Counted from the stretch's first letter, positions 38,901 through 53,902 are shown. The stretch: DNA of 64,000 nucleotides from Nemertoderma westbladi (GCA_032718475.1 JAUCBJ010008278.1:13376-77375); one strand, 5' to 3'. Translations and numbers: made by a program. Notes: a model not told the origin generated them from the sequence alone.

Positions 38901-41900
38901 GAATTAATGTTGGCCGAAAGATTTAAAAATAAAACAATTATTATTATAAATACAGTGCAATCCAATAGTACCCAACACACTGTGTAACTAACAGTCAATC
39001 AGCTTACACGTCAATTAACATAGAAGAGAGAGTAACCTTGTAGATCGCCATAGAAAGCATTGGGAAGAGTTATTCAGCTGAGGCTGTAATAGCCGGCTAA
39101 CCCAGTGAATGATTATAAAGTTGGCACTGTATGTACTTCCTTGTTAGGTGGCTCCCTATAGAATAGCAAACCAACCAGTTGATGTTTGTTTGCACAGAGT
39201 GGTTGGTAGGGCCTAAACAAACAGTATGGGTGTACTGAGTACAATAATCTTGGCAACCTCATCGATTTATACTAAGCCTTGTGTAGAATTGCATTACATA
39301 AGCCATTTTCCATCAGAACACCAGCTGTCATGGGTGTTATTTTACCATTGCGCCTATGGCGTTTTTTTCGTTTATCTCTATTTTTCGAGCCCAGAGGCTA
39401 TGGACGGAGTAGCCGATCATGCCAGGGACCTTAGAATCGCGGTATCTAGATGCTGTGAAAATTTCATCAAAATCGTTAGAGTAGTTTTGGCTGTAGATCA
39501 GCCAGCCAGCCAGCCAGCCAGTCAGCCAGCCAGCCAGCCAGTCAGTCAGTCAACAATTCTTACAGTAATCAAGTCTAACGACTTGCTAACTAGAGACGGC
39601 GTCAAGACGCCGTTAAGCAAGTCGGAAGTCATCAATCAAATATAAATTCCCTCAACAATGTTTACCTATGGTCAGAATGGAAGGGCTATTTACCTATGGT
39701 CAGAGAGAGATCCCACTCTGTAATTTGGCAATTGCTCAAATTCATTCAGTTGAATGGCACAGTAGAGTGAACTAAACTAAATTCCCTCAACAATGTTTGG
39801 CTATGGTCTGAAAGAACTAACAGTCATTCAGCTTGCACAATGTCAATCACCTACAGTATAAAACATTTAGAATGCCACAGTGTGTATCCTGATACAGATA
39901 ATAAGCAGTGATATATATATTTCAAACTATAATGTTAGTGTTAGCCTTACACAGTATCAGTATGAGGCTGAGTAAACATTCCACCTTATAAGCATACTGC
40001 CTCCACAGAATTAATGTTGGCCGAAAGATTTAAAAATAAAACAATTATTATTATAAATACAGTGCAATCCAATAGTACCCAACACACTGTGTAACTAACA
40101 GTCAATCAGCTTACACGTCAATTAACATAGAAGAGAGAGTAACCTTGTAGATCGCCATAGAAAGCATTGGGAAGAGTTATTCAGCTGAGGCTGTAATAGC
40201 CGGCTAACCCAGTGAATGATTATAAAGTTGGCACTGTATGTACTTCCTTGTTAGGTGGCTCCCTATAGAATAGCAAACCAACCAGTTGATGTTTGTTTGC
40301 ACAGAGTGGTTGGTAGGGCCTAAACAAACAGTATGGGTGTACTGAGTACAATAATCTTGGCAACCTCATCGATTTATACTAAGCCTTGTGTAGAATTGCA
40401 TTACATAAGCCATTTTCCATCAGAACACCAGCTGTCATGGGTGTTATTTTACCATTGCGCCTATGGCGTTTTTTTCGTTTATCTCTATTTTTCGAGCCCA
40501 GAGGCTATGGACGGAGTAGCCGATCATGCCAGGGACCTTAGAATCGCGGTATCTAGATGCTGTGAAAATTTCATCAAAATCGTTAGAGTAGTTTTGGCTG
40601 TAGATCAGCCAGCCAGCCAGCCAGCCAGTCAGCCAGCCAGCCAGCCAGTCAGTCAGTCAACAATTCTTACAGTAATCAAGTCTAACGACTTGCTAACTAG
40701 TGACGGGCCTAGCGGCCCGATAAGGAACCGACTTTTTATTTTAAATAAAAGAGACAACGAGAATTAGTATAGAACTAATAATTATCTAAAAATACAATCA
40801 TATTTCATACAATAATTATTAATAAATTCGATCCATTATTAGTTGCTCAATTCTAGAACAAAATCGACCTGCAACTAGTGAAGACCTCGTTTTGGAATTT
40901 CGAAACCACGCTGGTGCGATGCGCAATATCGTGTTTAGTTAATAAATTGAAAACTCCATCAATTCATGTGCAATCAGTAATAAGAAATCGCGATAAATGT
41001 AATTAAATAAAAATTATTCTAGAAAAATTTTCCTCAAAAAGTATGAAATCTTGGCATTGGTGACGCGAAACTAGGCTAGTGAGATTCAGGATATTGCGTT
41101 TAATATAAAAATCGAAAACGCTATCGAATTCCGTAAAGGCGTTAATAAAATACTGCAACTTTTTTGAAATTTGTAAAATTCTAGAACTAGAAAAAAATAA
41201 TTTTTGAACGGCGCTGTTTGGGGTTTCGAAACATGGATAGGCTGAAAGAGGACATCGAATTAAGTTGAAAAATGAAAACCCCATCGAATTTGGACAAAGC
41301 GTTCCGGAGTTATAGCGGATCGAAAAAAATTGACCCCCCCCAGTCGCCAAAAATTTACAGTAATTTAAAATTTTGCAAAAAAAATTTTTTGCGTTATTTT
41401 TTATGGCGAATCGATTGGCAGTACTGGCTACGAAAAATTTTTTTTGAAATTTTTGGTCAGAAAAAAAAACATGGAAAAAGTATATTCTTAAAAAGATTTG
41501 ATGTCTTTGCCTATGGTCAGAGAATGATCCAACTCTGTACTTGGCAATCGCTCAAATCCATTCAGCTGAATGGCACAGTAGAGTAAACTAAATTAAATTC
41601 CCTATACAATGTTCTGAAGGGGAGACTGACAGAGAGTAATCCAACAATAAAACATTTTGCAATAATGTTGGCATTAATGTAGCCAACACACTGTGTACTT
41701 AAGTCATTCAGCTTACATTAGCAGAGTGAGATATTCGCATAGAATGCATTGGGAAGAGTAATTCAGCTGAGGCGATTAACTAAACCAACCAGTTAATGTT
41801 TGCTTTGACAGAGAGTGGTTGCCTATACAAACAGTATCAGTGTACTGAGTATAATAATCTTGGCAACCTCATCGATTTATTACTAAGCCTTGTGTAGAAA

Positions 41901-42119
41901 TGCATTACATAAGCCATTTTTCATGAGGACACCAGCTGTCATTGGTGTTATTTTACCATTGCGCCAATGGCGTTTTTTCGTTGATGTCTATTTTTCGAGA
42001 CCATGGCTCATGGACGAAATAGCGGAACATACCAGGGACCTTAGAATCGCGGTATCTAGCCGCTGTGAAAATTTCATCAAAATCGTTAGAGTAGTTTTGG
42101 CTGTAGATTAGCCAGCCAG

Positions 42120-42154
<35 letters not shown>

Positions 42155-43109
42155 GCCAACAATTCTTACAGTAATGAACCTCTCGGTTCCTAACTAGTGA
42201 CGGGCCTAGCGGCCCGATAAGGAACCGACTTTTTATTTCAAATAAAAGAGACAACGAGCTCGGCTCGGTCTGGCATGATTGGGCTCGATTCAGTTCGACT
42301 TGGCTTGATGGGCTCGGTTTGGCTCGATTGGGCTCGACTCAGCTTGATTGGGCTCGACTCGACTCAGCTCGATTCGTCTCAATCGGCTTGATTGGGTTCG
42401 ACTCGGTTCGGTCTGGCTCGACTTGGCTCAATTGGGCTCGACTCGGCTCGATTGGTCTCGACTCAGCTCGATTGGGCTTGATTGGTCTTGATTCGGCTCG
42501 ATTTGGCTCAACTTGGCTCAGTCTAGCTCGACTGGGCTCGGTCCGGCTCAATTGGGCGCGACTAGGCTTGATTTGGCTCGACTCGGCTCTATTGGGCTCG
42601 ACTCGATTCGATTAGGCTCAACTCGGCTCCGTCCGGCTCGACTCGGCTCGACTCGGCTTGATTGGTCTCGACTCGACTCAGTCCGGCTCAATTTGGCGTG
42701 ACATGGCTCGATTGGGTTCGGCTCGGCTCGATCTGAGTCGACTCAGCTCGATTCGGCTCAATCGGCTCGATTGGGTTTGACTCGGCTCGGTTCAGCTCGA
42801 CTCGGCTCAATCCACTCGACTCGGCTCGGTTTGGATTGATTTGGGCTTGACTCGGCTTGATTTGGCTCAACTTGGCACAGTATGGCTCGATTGGGCTCGA
42901 CTTGGCTCGGTCCGGCTCAATTGGGCTCGACTAGGATTGATTGGGTTCGACTCGGCTCTATTGGGCTCGACTCAACTCGATTGGGCTTGTCTCGGCTCAG
43001 TTTGGATCGCTCGGCTTGATTGGGCTCAACTCGGTTCCATTCGGCTAACTCGGCTCGATTGGCTCGTCTCGGCTTGATCGCCTCGATTGGTTCTATTCGG
43101 CTCGATTGA

Positions 43110-43407
43110 CACACGCTGCTGGAAGGGTCAAAGCCAAACCCACGTGCTGCTCGAAGGGACGAAGTCAAACAGTGAGTCTATTATTTGATGTAACTCACGT
43201 GCTGCTCGAAGGACGCAACATCATATATCAAGGGTCAAAGCAAAACTCACGTGCTGCTCGAAGGGACAAAGTCAAACAGTGTGTCTATTATTTGATGTAA
43301 CTCACGTGCTGCTCGATGGGTCAAAGCCAAACTCACGTGCTGCTCGAAGGGACAAAGTCAAACATTGTGTCTAATATTTGATTAACTCACTTGCTGCTCG
43401 AAGGGCG
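43110..43407. repeat. Minisatellite with core CTCACGTGCTGCTCGAAGGG and two alternating linkers
   Basis: Copy number varies among A2-type units (also ~16790-16875, 24213-24450, 48915-49235, 53130-53277, 53915-54150). Confidence 0.85.
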
Positions 43408-46400
43408 AGTATAGAACTAATAATTATGTAAAAATACAATCATATTTCATACAATAATTATTAATAAATTCGATCTATTATTAGTTGCTCAATTCTAGAA
43501 CAAAATCGACCTGCAACTAGTGAAGACCTCGTTTTGGAATTTCGAAACCACGCTGGTGCGATGCGCGATATCGTGTTTAGTTAATAAATTGAAAACTCCA
43601 TCAATTCATGTGAAACCAGTAATAAGAAATCGCGATAAATGTAATTAAAAAAAATTATTCTAGAAAAATTTTCCTCAAAAAGTATGAAGTCTTGGCGTTG
43701 GTGACGCGAAACTAGGCTAGTGAGATTCAGGATATTGCGTTTAATATAAAAATCGAAAACGCTATCGAATTCCGTAAAGGCGTTAATAAAATACTGCAAC
43801 TTTTTTGAAATTTGTAAAATTCTAGAACTAGAAAAAATTAAATTTTGAACGGCGCTGTTTGGGGTTTCGAAACATGGATAGACTGAAAGAGGACATCGAA
43901 TTAAGTTGAAAAATAAAAACCCCATCGAATTTGGACAAAGCGTTCCGGAGTTATAGCGGATCGAAAAAAATTGACCCCCCCCCCCCCAGTCGCCAAAAAT
44001 TTACAGTAATTTAAAATTTTGCAAAAAAAATTTTTTGCGTTATTTTTGATGGCGAATCGATTGGCAGTACTGGCTACGAAAAATTTTTTTTTGAAATTTT
44101 TGGTCAGAAAAAAAAACATGGAAAAAGTATATTTTTAAAAAGATTTGATGTCTTTGCCTATGGTCAGAGAATGATCCAACTCTGTAACTTGGCAATCGCT
44201 CAAATCCATTCAGCTGAATGGCACAATAGAGTAAACTAAAGTAAATTCCCTATACAATGTTCTGAAGGGGAGACTGACAGAGAGTAATCCAACAATAAAA
44301 CATTTTGCAATAATGTTGGCATTAATGTAGCCAACACACTGTACTTAAAGTCATTCAGCTTACATTAGCAGAGTGAGATATTCTCATAGAATGCATTGGG
44401 AAGAGTAATTCAGCTGAGGCGATAATAGATTTCTAACTAAACCAACCAGTTAATATTTGCTTTGACAGAGTGTCCTAGGGCCTAAACAAACAGTATGGGA
44501 GTACTGAGTACAATAATCTTGGCAACCTCATCGATTTATACTAAGCCTTGTGTAGAAATCCATTACATAAGCCATTTTTCATCACGACACCAGCTGTTAT
44601 TGGTGTTATTTTACCATTGCGCCTATGGCGTTTTTTCGTTTATGTCTATTTTTCGAGCCCACGGCTCATGGACGAAATAGCGGAACATACAAGGGACCTT
44701 AGAATCGCGGTATCCAGCCGCTGTGAAAATTTCATCAAAATCGTTAGAGTAGTTCTGGCTATAGATTAACCAGCCAGCCAGTCAATCAATCAATCAGCCA
44801 ACAATTCTTACAGTAATGAACCTCTCGGTTCCTAACTAGTGACGGGCCTAGCGGCCCGATAAGGAACCGACTTTTTATTTCAAATAAAAGAGACAACGAG
44901 AATTAGTATAGAACTAATAATTATGTAAAAATACAATCATATTTCATACAATAATTATTAATAAATTCGATCTATTATTAGTTGCTCAATTCTAGAACAA
45001 AATCGACCTGCAACTAGTGAAGACCTCGTTTTGGAATTTCGAAAACACTCTGGTGCGATGCGCGATATCGTGTTTAGTTAATAAATTGAAAACTCCTTCA
45101 GTTCATGTGCAACCAGTAATAAGAAATCGCGATAAATGTAATTAAATAAAAATTATTCTAGAAAAAATTTCCTCAAAAAGTATGAAGTCTTGGCATTGGT
45201 GACGCGAAACTAGGCAAGTGAGATTCAGGATATTGCGTTCATTATAAAAATCGAAAACGCTATCGAATTCCGTAAAGGCGTTAATAAAATACTGCAACTT
45301 TTTTGAAATTTGTAAAATTCTAGAACTAGAAAAAATTAATTTTTGAACGGCGCTGTTTAGGGTTTCGAAACATGGATAGGCTGAAAGAGGACATCGAATT
45401 AAGTTGAAAAATGAAAACCCCATCAAATTTGGACAAAGCATTCCGGAGTTATAGCGGATCGAAAAAAATTGACCCCCCCCCCAGTCGCCAAAAATTTACA
45501 GTAATTTAAAATTTTGCAAAAAAAATTTTTTGCGTTATTTTTGATGGCGAATCGATTGGCAGTACTGGCTACGAAAAATTTTTTTTTGAAATTTTTGGTC
45601 AGAAAAAAAAACATGGAAAAGTATATTTTTAAAAAGATTTGATGTCTTTGCCTATGGTCAGAGAATGATCCAACTCTGTAACTTGGCAATCGCTCAAATC
45701 CATTCAGCTGAATGGCACAGTAGAGTAAACTAAAGTAAATTCCCTTTACAATGTTCTGAAGGGGAGACTGACAGAGAGTAATCCAACAATAAAACATTTT
45801 GCAATAATGTTGGTCTTAGCCTTACAGAGTATCAGTATAAGGCTGAGTAAACATTCCACCTTATAAGCATACAGCCTCCACAGTATTAATGTTGGCATTA
45901 ATGTAGCCGATACACTGTATACCTAATAGTCATTCAGCAGGGGGAAGAGTTATTCAGCTGAGGCGGTAATAGATTGCAAACTAAACCAACCAGTTGGCAG
46001 CCTCATCGATTTATACTAAGCCTGTGTAGAACCACAAACTAAATCAACCAGTTAATATTTGCTTTGACAGAGTGTCCTAGGGCCTAAACAAACAGTATGG
46101 GTGTACTAAGTACAATAATCTTGGCAACCTCATCGATTTATACTAAGCCTTGTGTAGAAATCCATTACGTAAGCCATTTTTCATCACGACACCAGCTGTT
46201 ATTGGTGATATTTTACCATTGCGCCTATGGCGTTTTTTCGTTTATGTCTATTTTTCGAGCCCACGGCTCATGGACGAAATAGCGGAACATACCAGAGACC
46301 TTAGAATCGCGGTATCCAGCCGCTGTGAAAATTTCATCAAAATCGTTAGAGTAGTTTTGGCTATAGATTAGCCAGCCAGTCAGCCAGCCAGTCAGCCAGT

Positions 46401-46906
46401 CAGCTAACAATTCTTACAGTAATGAACCTCTCGGTTCCTAACTAGAGACGGCGTCAAGACGCCGTTAAGCAAGTCGGAAGTCATCAATCAAATATAAATT
46501 CCCTCAACAATGTTTACCTATGGTCAGAATGGAAGGGCTATTTACCTATGGTCAGAGAGAGATCCCACTCTGTAATTTGGCAATTGCTCAAATTCATTCA
46601 GTTGAATGGCACAGTAGAGTGAACTAAACTAAATTCCCTCAACAATGTTTGGCTATGGTCTGAAAGAACTAACAGTCATTCAGCTTGCACAATGTCAATC
46701 ACCTACAGTATAAAACATTTAGAATGCCACAGTGTGTATCCTGATACAGATAATAAGCAGTGATATATATATTTCAAACTATAATGTTAGTGTTAGCCTT
46801 ACACAGTATCAGTATGAGGCTGAGTAAACATTCCACCTTATAAGCATACTGCCTCCACAGAATTAATGTTGGCCGAAAGATTTAAAAATAAAACAATTAT
46901 TATTAT

Positions 46907-47240
46907 TAGCAAGTCGTAGGACTTGATTACTGTAAGAATTGTTGGCTGATTGACTGGCTGGCTGGCTGGCTGACTGGCTGGCTGGCTGGCTGGCTGATCT
47001 ACAGCCAAAACTACTCTAACGATTTTGATGAAATTTTCACAGCGGCTAGATACCGCGATTCTAAGGTCCCTGGTATGTTCCGCTATTTCGTCCATGAGCC
47101 GTGGGCTCGAAAAATAGACATAAACGAAAAAACGCCATAGGCGCAATGGTAAAATAACACCAATGACAGCTTGTTGATGGAATTTACATTTGATTGATGA
47201 CTTCCGACTTGCTTAACGGCGTCTTGACGCCGTCTCTAGT
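46907..47240 (+). mobile_element. 334-bp family B mini-element inserted in inverted orientation inside a B1 unit, no TSD
   Basis: tagcaagtcgtaggacttgattactgtaag...cgacttgcttaacggcgtcttgacgccgtctctagt interrupts aaaacaattattattat|aaatacagtg, a sequence that is intact in other B1 units. Confidence 0.92.
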
Positions 47241-50200
47241 AAATACAGTGCAATCCAATAGTACCCAACACACTGTGTAACTAACAGTCAATCAGCTTAC
47301 ACGTCAATTAACATAGAAGAGAGAGTAACCTTGTAGATCGCCATAGAAAGCATTGGGAAGAGTTATTCAGCTGAGGCTGTAATAGCCGGCTAACCCAGTG
47401 AATGATTATAAAGTTGGCACTGTATGTACTTCCTTGTTAGGTGGCTCCCTATAGAATAGCAAACCAACCAGTTGATGTTTGTTTGCACAGAGTGGTTGGT
47501 AGGGCCTAAACAAACAGTATGGGTGTACTGAGTACAATAATCTTGGCAACCTCATCGATTTATACTAAGCCTTGTGTAGAAATCCATTACATAAGCCATT
47601 TTTCATCACGACACCAGCTGTTATTGGTGTTATTTTACCATTGCGCCTATGGCGTTTTTTTCGTTTATGTCTATTTTTCGAGCCCAGCGGCTCATGGACG
47701 AAGTAGCGGAACATACCAGGGACCTTAGAATCGCGGTATCTAGCCGCTGTGAAAATTTCATCAAAATCGTTAGAGTAGTTTTGGCTGTAGATCAGCCAGC
47801 CAGCCAGCCAGCCAGTCAGCCAGCCAGCCAGCCAGTCAGTCAGTCAACAATTCTTACAGTAATCAAGTCTAACGACTTGCTAACTAGTGACGGGCCTAGC
47901 GGCCCGATAAGGAACCGACTTTTTATTTCAAATAAAAGAGACAACGAGCTCGGCTCGGTCTTGCACGATTGGGCACGATTTAGTTCGACTTGGTTTGATC
48001 GGCTCGGTTTGGCTCGATTAGGCTCGGCTCGGCTCGATCTGACTCGACTCAGCTTGATTCGGCTCAATCAGCTCGATTGGGTTCGACTCGGCTCGGTCCA
48101 GCTCGACTTGGCTCAATTGGGCTCGATTCAGCTCAATCTGCTCGACTCAGCTCGAATCGGCTCAATTGGGATTGATTGGGCTTGACTCGGATCGATTTGG
48201 CGCAACTTGGCTCAGTCTGGCTCGATTGGGCTCGACTTGGCTCGGTCCGGCTCAATTGGGCTCGACTAGGCTTGATTGGGCTCGACCCGGCTCGATTGGG
48301 CTCGACTCGATTCGATTTGGGCTTGACTCGGCTCAGTCTGGCTCGACTCGGCTCGATTGGGCTCGACTCAGCTTGATTGGGCTCAATCCGGGCTCAATTT
48401 GGCGTGACACGGTCGACACGGCTCGGCTCGGCTCGGATCGGCTTGGCTCGGCTCGGCTCGGCTCGGCTCGGATCGGCTCGGCTCGGCTCGGCCCGGCTCG
48501 GCTCGGCTCGGTCTGAGTCGACTCAGCTCGATTCGGCTCGATTGGGTTCGACTTGGCTCGGTCCGGCTTGACTAGGCTCAATTGGGCTCGATTCGGCTCA
48601 ATCGACACGACTCGGCTCGAATGGGATTGATTGGGCTTGACTTGGCTCGATTTGGCTCAACTTGGCTCAGTCCGGCTCAATTGGGTTCGACTTGGCTCGG
48701 TCCAGCTCAATTGGGCTCGACTAGGCTTGATTGGGCTCGACTCGGCTCTATTGGGCTCGACTCGACTCGATTGGGCTTGACTCGGCTCAGTCTGGCTCGA
48801 CTCGGCTTAATTGGGCTCAACTCGGCTCTGTTCGGCTCGATTGGGCTCGACTCGGCTTGATCACCTCGATTGGTTCTATTCGGCTCAATCGGTATGATTC
48901 GGCTCGATTGACACACGATGCTGGAAGGGTTAAAGCCAAACTCACGTGCTGCTCGAAGGGACAAAGTCAAACAGTGTGTCTATTATTTGATGTAACTCAT
49001 GAGCTGCTCGAAGGGCGCAACATCATATATCAAGGGACAAAGCAAAACTCACGTGCTGCTCGAAGGGACAAAGTCAAACAGTGTGTCTATTATTTGATGT
49101 AACTCACGCGCTGCTCGAAAGGCGCAAATACATTATATCGAAGGGTCAAAGCCAAACTCACGTGCTGCTCGAAGTGACAAAGTCAAACATTGTGTCTAAT
49201 ATTTGATTAACTCACGTGCTGCTCGAAGGGCGCAACTACATATATCGAAACAAGCCCCTGTCTTGTATTTTAATTATAACAGAAATCCTTGCCTTCAGTA
49301 CAAAATATCTAAAAATTAATTTACCTGAAGTATGGGTAACATTATAAATTCGCTTTTCACACACAGTAGTTAACTAAAGCAAATACCATTCAGGTTGACT
49401 GAATGATTTTATTAATGTTTGCCATGCATAATGTACTATATTTGGGTCCCATGGCCCACCCCATTGAACAGCTTTGCTTACATCTGATAGAGAGTAATCC
49501 CAAATTAACTTCCCTCTACGAAAATTATTTTAATTAAATACATACAACATAGCAGACAACTCTGCAATCAACAGTACGCAATAACTAAAATGGCATTCAG
49601 CTTACCAGCTATTCGCATTAAGCTAATAGATATTCGATTTCATTCGATTCATTGAGTGTGTGAGGGCTATTGGGAGAGCAATCAGCTTATGATGTAATAC
49701 ATTAGAATCCCACGGCTTTTGTTTGCTTACTGTCTGAGTTGTAGAGTGAGGATAATACTTGGCAGAGAAAGCATTTCCTTGTTAGGTGGCCATTCCTATA
49801 GAATAGCATTACTAGGCTATCTCGATCCATTTTTCATGAGTGCCAGCTGGTGTTTTTATCATTGCGCCTATGGCGTTTTTTCGTTTATGTCTATTTTTCG
49901 AGCCCACGGCTCATGGACGAAATAGCGGAACATACCAGGGACCTTAGAATCCGGTCAGCCAGCCGCTGTGAAAATTTCATCAAAATCGTTAGAGTAGTTT
50001 TGGCTATAGATTAACCAGCCAGTCAATCAGCCAACAATTCTTACAGTAATGAACCTCTCGAACCTCTCGGTTCCTAACTAGTGACGGCGTCAAGACGCCG
50101 TTAAGCAAGTCGGAAGTCGTCAATCAAAGGTAAGTTCCCTCAACAATGTTTACCTTTGTTCAGAAGGGAAGTGTTATTTATCTATGGTCAGAGAGAGATC

Positions 50201-53200
50201 CCACTCTGTAATTTGGCAATTGCTCAAATCCATTCAGCTGAATGACTCAGTAGAGTAAACTAAAGTAAATTCCCTCAGCCTCAACAATGTTTGCCTATGG
50301 TGTGAAGGGAATCTGACAGAGAATAATCTTAGCCACTAAATGTCATTCACCTAACAAAGCATTTTGAATGCCGCAGTGATTAACCCAATACAGATAATAA
50401 GCAGTTATTTTTATATTTCAAACTATAATGTTAGTGTAAGCCTTACAGAGTATCAGTATGAGGCTGAGTAAACATTCCGCCTTATAAGCATACAGCCTCC
50501 ACAGTATTAATGTTGGCATTAATGTAGCCGATACACTGTATACCTAATAGTCATTCAGCAGGGGGAAGAGTTATTCAGCTGAGGCGGTAATAGATTGCAA
50601 ACTAAACCAACCAGTTGGCAGCCTCATCGATTTATACTAAGCCTGTGTAGAACCACAAACTAAATCAACCAGTTAATATTTGCTTTGATAGAGTGTCCTA
50701 GGGCCTAAACAAACAGTATGGGTGTACTAAGTACAATAATCTTGGCAACCTCATCGATTTATACTAAGCCTTGTGTAGAAATGCATTACATAAGCCATTT
50801 TTCATCAGGACACCAGCTGTCATGGGTGTTATTTTACCATTGCGCCTATGGCGTTTTTTTCGTTTATCTCTATTTTTCGAGCCCAGAGGCTATGGACGGA
50901 GTAGCCGATCATGCCAGGGACCTTAGAATCGCGGTATCTAGATGCTGTGAAAATTTCATCAAAATCGTTAGAGTAGTTTTGGCTGTAGATCAGCCAGCCA
51001 GCCAGCCAGCCAGTCAGCCAGCCAGCCAGCCAGTCAGTCAGTCAACAATTCTTACAGTAATCAAGTCTAACGACTTGCTAACTAGTGACGGGCCTAGCGG
51101 CCCGATAAGGAACCGACTTTTTATTTCAAATAAAAGAGACAACGAGAATTAATAGAACTAATGTAAAAATACAATCATATTTCATACAATAATTATTAAT
51201 AAATTCGATCTATTATTAGTTACTCAATTCTAGAACAAAATCGACCTGCAACTAGTGAAGACCTCGTTTTGGAATTTCGAAACCACGCTGGTGCGATGCG
51301 CGATATCGTGTTTAGTTAATAAATTGAAAACTCCATCAATTCATGTGCAACCAGTAATAAGAAATCGCGATAAATGTAATTAAATAAAAATTATTCTAGA
51401 AAAATTTTCCTCAAAAAGTATGAAGTCTTGGCGTTGGGGACGCGAAACTAGGCTAGTGAGATTCAGGATATTGCGTTTAATATAAAAATCGAAAAAGCTA
51501 TCGAATTCCGTAAAGGCATTAATAAAATACTGCAACTTTTTTGAAATTTGTAAAATTCTAGAACTGGAAAAAATTAATTTTTGAACGGCGCTGTTTGGGG
51601 TTTGGAAACATGGATAGGCTGAAAGAGGACATCGAATTAAGTTGAAAAATGAAAACCCCATCGAATTTGGACAAAGCGTTCCGGAGTTATAGCGGATCGA
51701 AAAAAATTGACCCCCCCCCCAGTCGCCAAAAATTTACAGTAATTTAAAATTTTGCAAAAAAAAAATTTTGCGTTATTTTTGATGGCGAATCGATTGGCAG
51801 TACTGGCTACGAAAAATTTTTTTTTGAAATTTTTGGTCAGAAAAAAAAACACGGAAAAAGTATATTTTTAAAAAGATTTGATGTCTTTGCCTATGGTCAG
51901 AGAATGATCCAACTCTGTAACTTGGCAATCGCTCAAATCCATTCAGCTGAATGGCACAGTAGAGTAAACTAAAGTAAATTCCCTATACAATGTTCTGAAG
52001 GGGTGACTGACAGAGAGTAATCCAACAATAAAACATTTTGCAATAATGTTGGCATTAATGTAGCCAACTCACTGTGTACGTAACAGTCATTCAGCTTACA
52101 TTAGCAGAGTGAGATATTCCCATAGGTTGCATTGGGAAGAGTAATTCAGCTGAGGCGATATTAGATTTCAAACTAAACCAACCAGTTAATGTTCCTTTGA
52201 CAGAGAGTGGTGGCCTATACAAACAGTATGGGTGTACTGAGTATAATAATCTTGGCAACCTCATCGATTTATTACTAAGCCTTCTGTAGAAATGCATTAC
52301 ATAAGCCATTTTTCATCACGACACCAGCTGTTATTGGTGTTATTTTATACCATTGCGCCTATGGCGTTTTTTCGTTTATGTCTATTTTTCGAGCCCACGG
52401 CTCATGGACGAAATAGCGGAACATACCAGGGACCTTATAATCGCGGTATCTTGATGCTGTGAAAATTTCATCAAAATCGTTAGAGTAGTTTTGGCTGTAG
52501 ATCAGTCAGTCAGTCAGCCAGCCAGTCAGCCACGAGCAATTCTTACAGTAATGAACCTCTCGGTTCCTAACTAGTGACGGGCCTTGCGGCCCGATAAGGA
52601 ACCGACTTTTTATTTTAAATAAAAGAGACAACGAGAATTAGTATAGAACTGGGCTCGACTCGACTCAGTCCGGCTCAATTTGGCGTGACACGGTTCAATT
52701 GGGCTCGGTTCGGCTCGGTCTGAGTCGACTCAGCTCGATTTGGCTCAATCGGCACGATTGGGTTCGACTCGGCCCGGTCTGGCTCGACTTGGCTCAATTG
52801 GGCTCAATCCGCTCGACTCGGCTCGATTGGGATTGATTGGGTTTGACTCAGCTCGATTTGTCTCAACTTGGCTCAGTCTGGCTCGATTGGGCTCGACTTG
52901 GCTCGGTTCGGCTCAATTAGGCTCGACTAGGATTGATTGGGCTTGACTCGGCTCTATTGGGCTCGACTCGACTCGATTGGGCTTGCCTTGCCTCAGTCTG
53001 GCTCGACTAGGCTTGATTGGGCTCAACTTGGCTCCGTTCGGCTTGACTCGGCTCGATTGGGCTCGACTCGGCTTGATCGCCTCGATTGGTTCTATTCGGC
53101 TCGATCAGTATGATTCGGCTCGATTGACACACGCTGCTGGAAGGGTCAAAGCCAAACTCACGTGCTGCTCGAAGGGACAAAGTCAAACAGTGTGTCTATT

Positions 53201-53278
53201 ATTTGATGTAACTCACATGCTGCTCGAAGGGCGCAACATCATATATCAAGGGTCAAAGCAAAACTCACGTGCTGCTAG

Positions 53279-53902
53279 TCGGCTCGGTTCGGCTCGGCTC
53301 GGCTCGGCTCGGCTCGGCTCGGTTCGGCTCGGCTCGGCTCGGTTCGGCTCGGCTCGGCTCGGTTCGGCTCGGCTCGGCTCGGCTCGGCTCGGCTCGGCTC
53401 GGCTCGGCTCGGCTCGGCTCGGCTCGGCTCGGCTCGGCTCGGCTCGGCTCCGCTCGGCTCGGCTCGGCTCGGCTCGGCTCGGCTCGGCTCGGCACGGCTC
53501 GGCTCGGCTCGGCTCGGCTCGGCTCGGCTCGGCTCGGCTCGGCTCGGCTCGGCTCGGCTCGGCTCGGCTCGGCTCGGCTCGGCTCGGCTCGGCTCGGCTC
53601 GGCTCGGCTCGGCTCGGCTCGGCTCGGCTCGGCTCGGCTCGGCTCGGCTCGGCTCGGCTCGGCTCGGCTCGGCTCGGCTCGGCTCGGCTCGGCTCGGCTC
53701 GGCTCGGCTTGGCTCGGCTCGGCTCGACTCGGCTTGGCTCGGCTCGGCTCGGCTCGGCTCGGCTCGGCTCGGCTCGGCTCGGCTCGGCTCGGCTCGGCTC
53801 GGCTCGTCTCGGCTTGGCTTGGCTCGGCTCGGCTCGGCTCCGCTCGGCTCGGCTCGGCTCGGCTCGGCTCGGCTCGGCTCGGCTCGGCTCGGCTCGGCTC
53901 GG
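53279..53902. repeat. Near-perfect (GGCTC)n pentanucleotide tract, ~125 units
   Basis: Read directly. It ends at the same ggtctgagtcgactc anchor as the 23.7-kb tract. Confidence 0.95.

Noticed and set aside
43110-43407. CRISPR-like look: constant ~20-bp core separated by 25-35-bp linkers
   Set aside because: The linkers are two alternating repeated sequences, not unique spacers. There are no cas genes and the context is eukaryotic.
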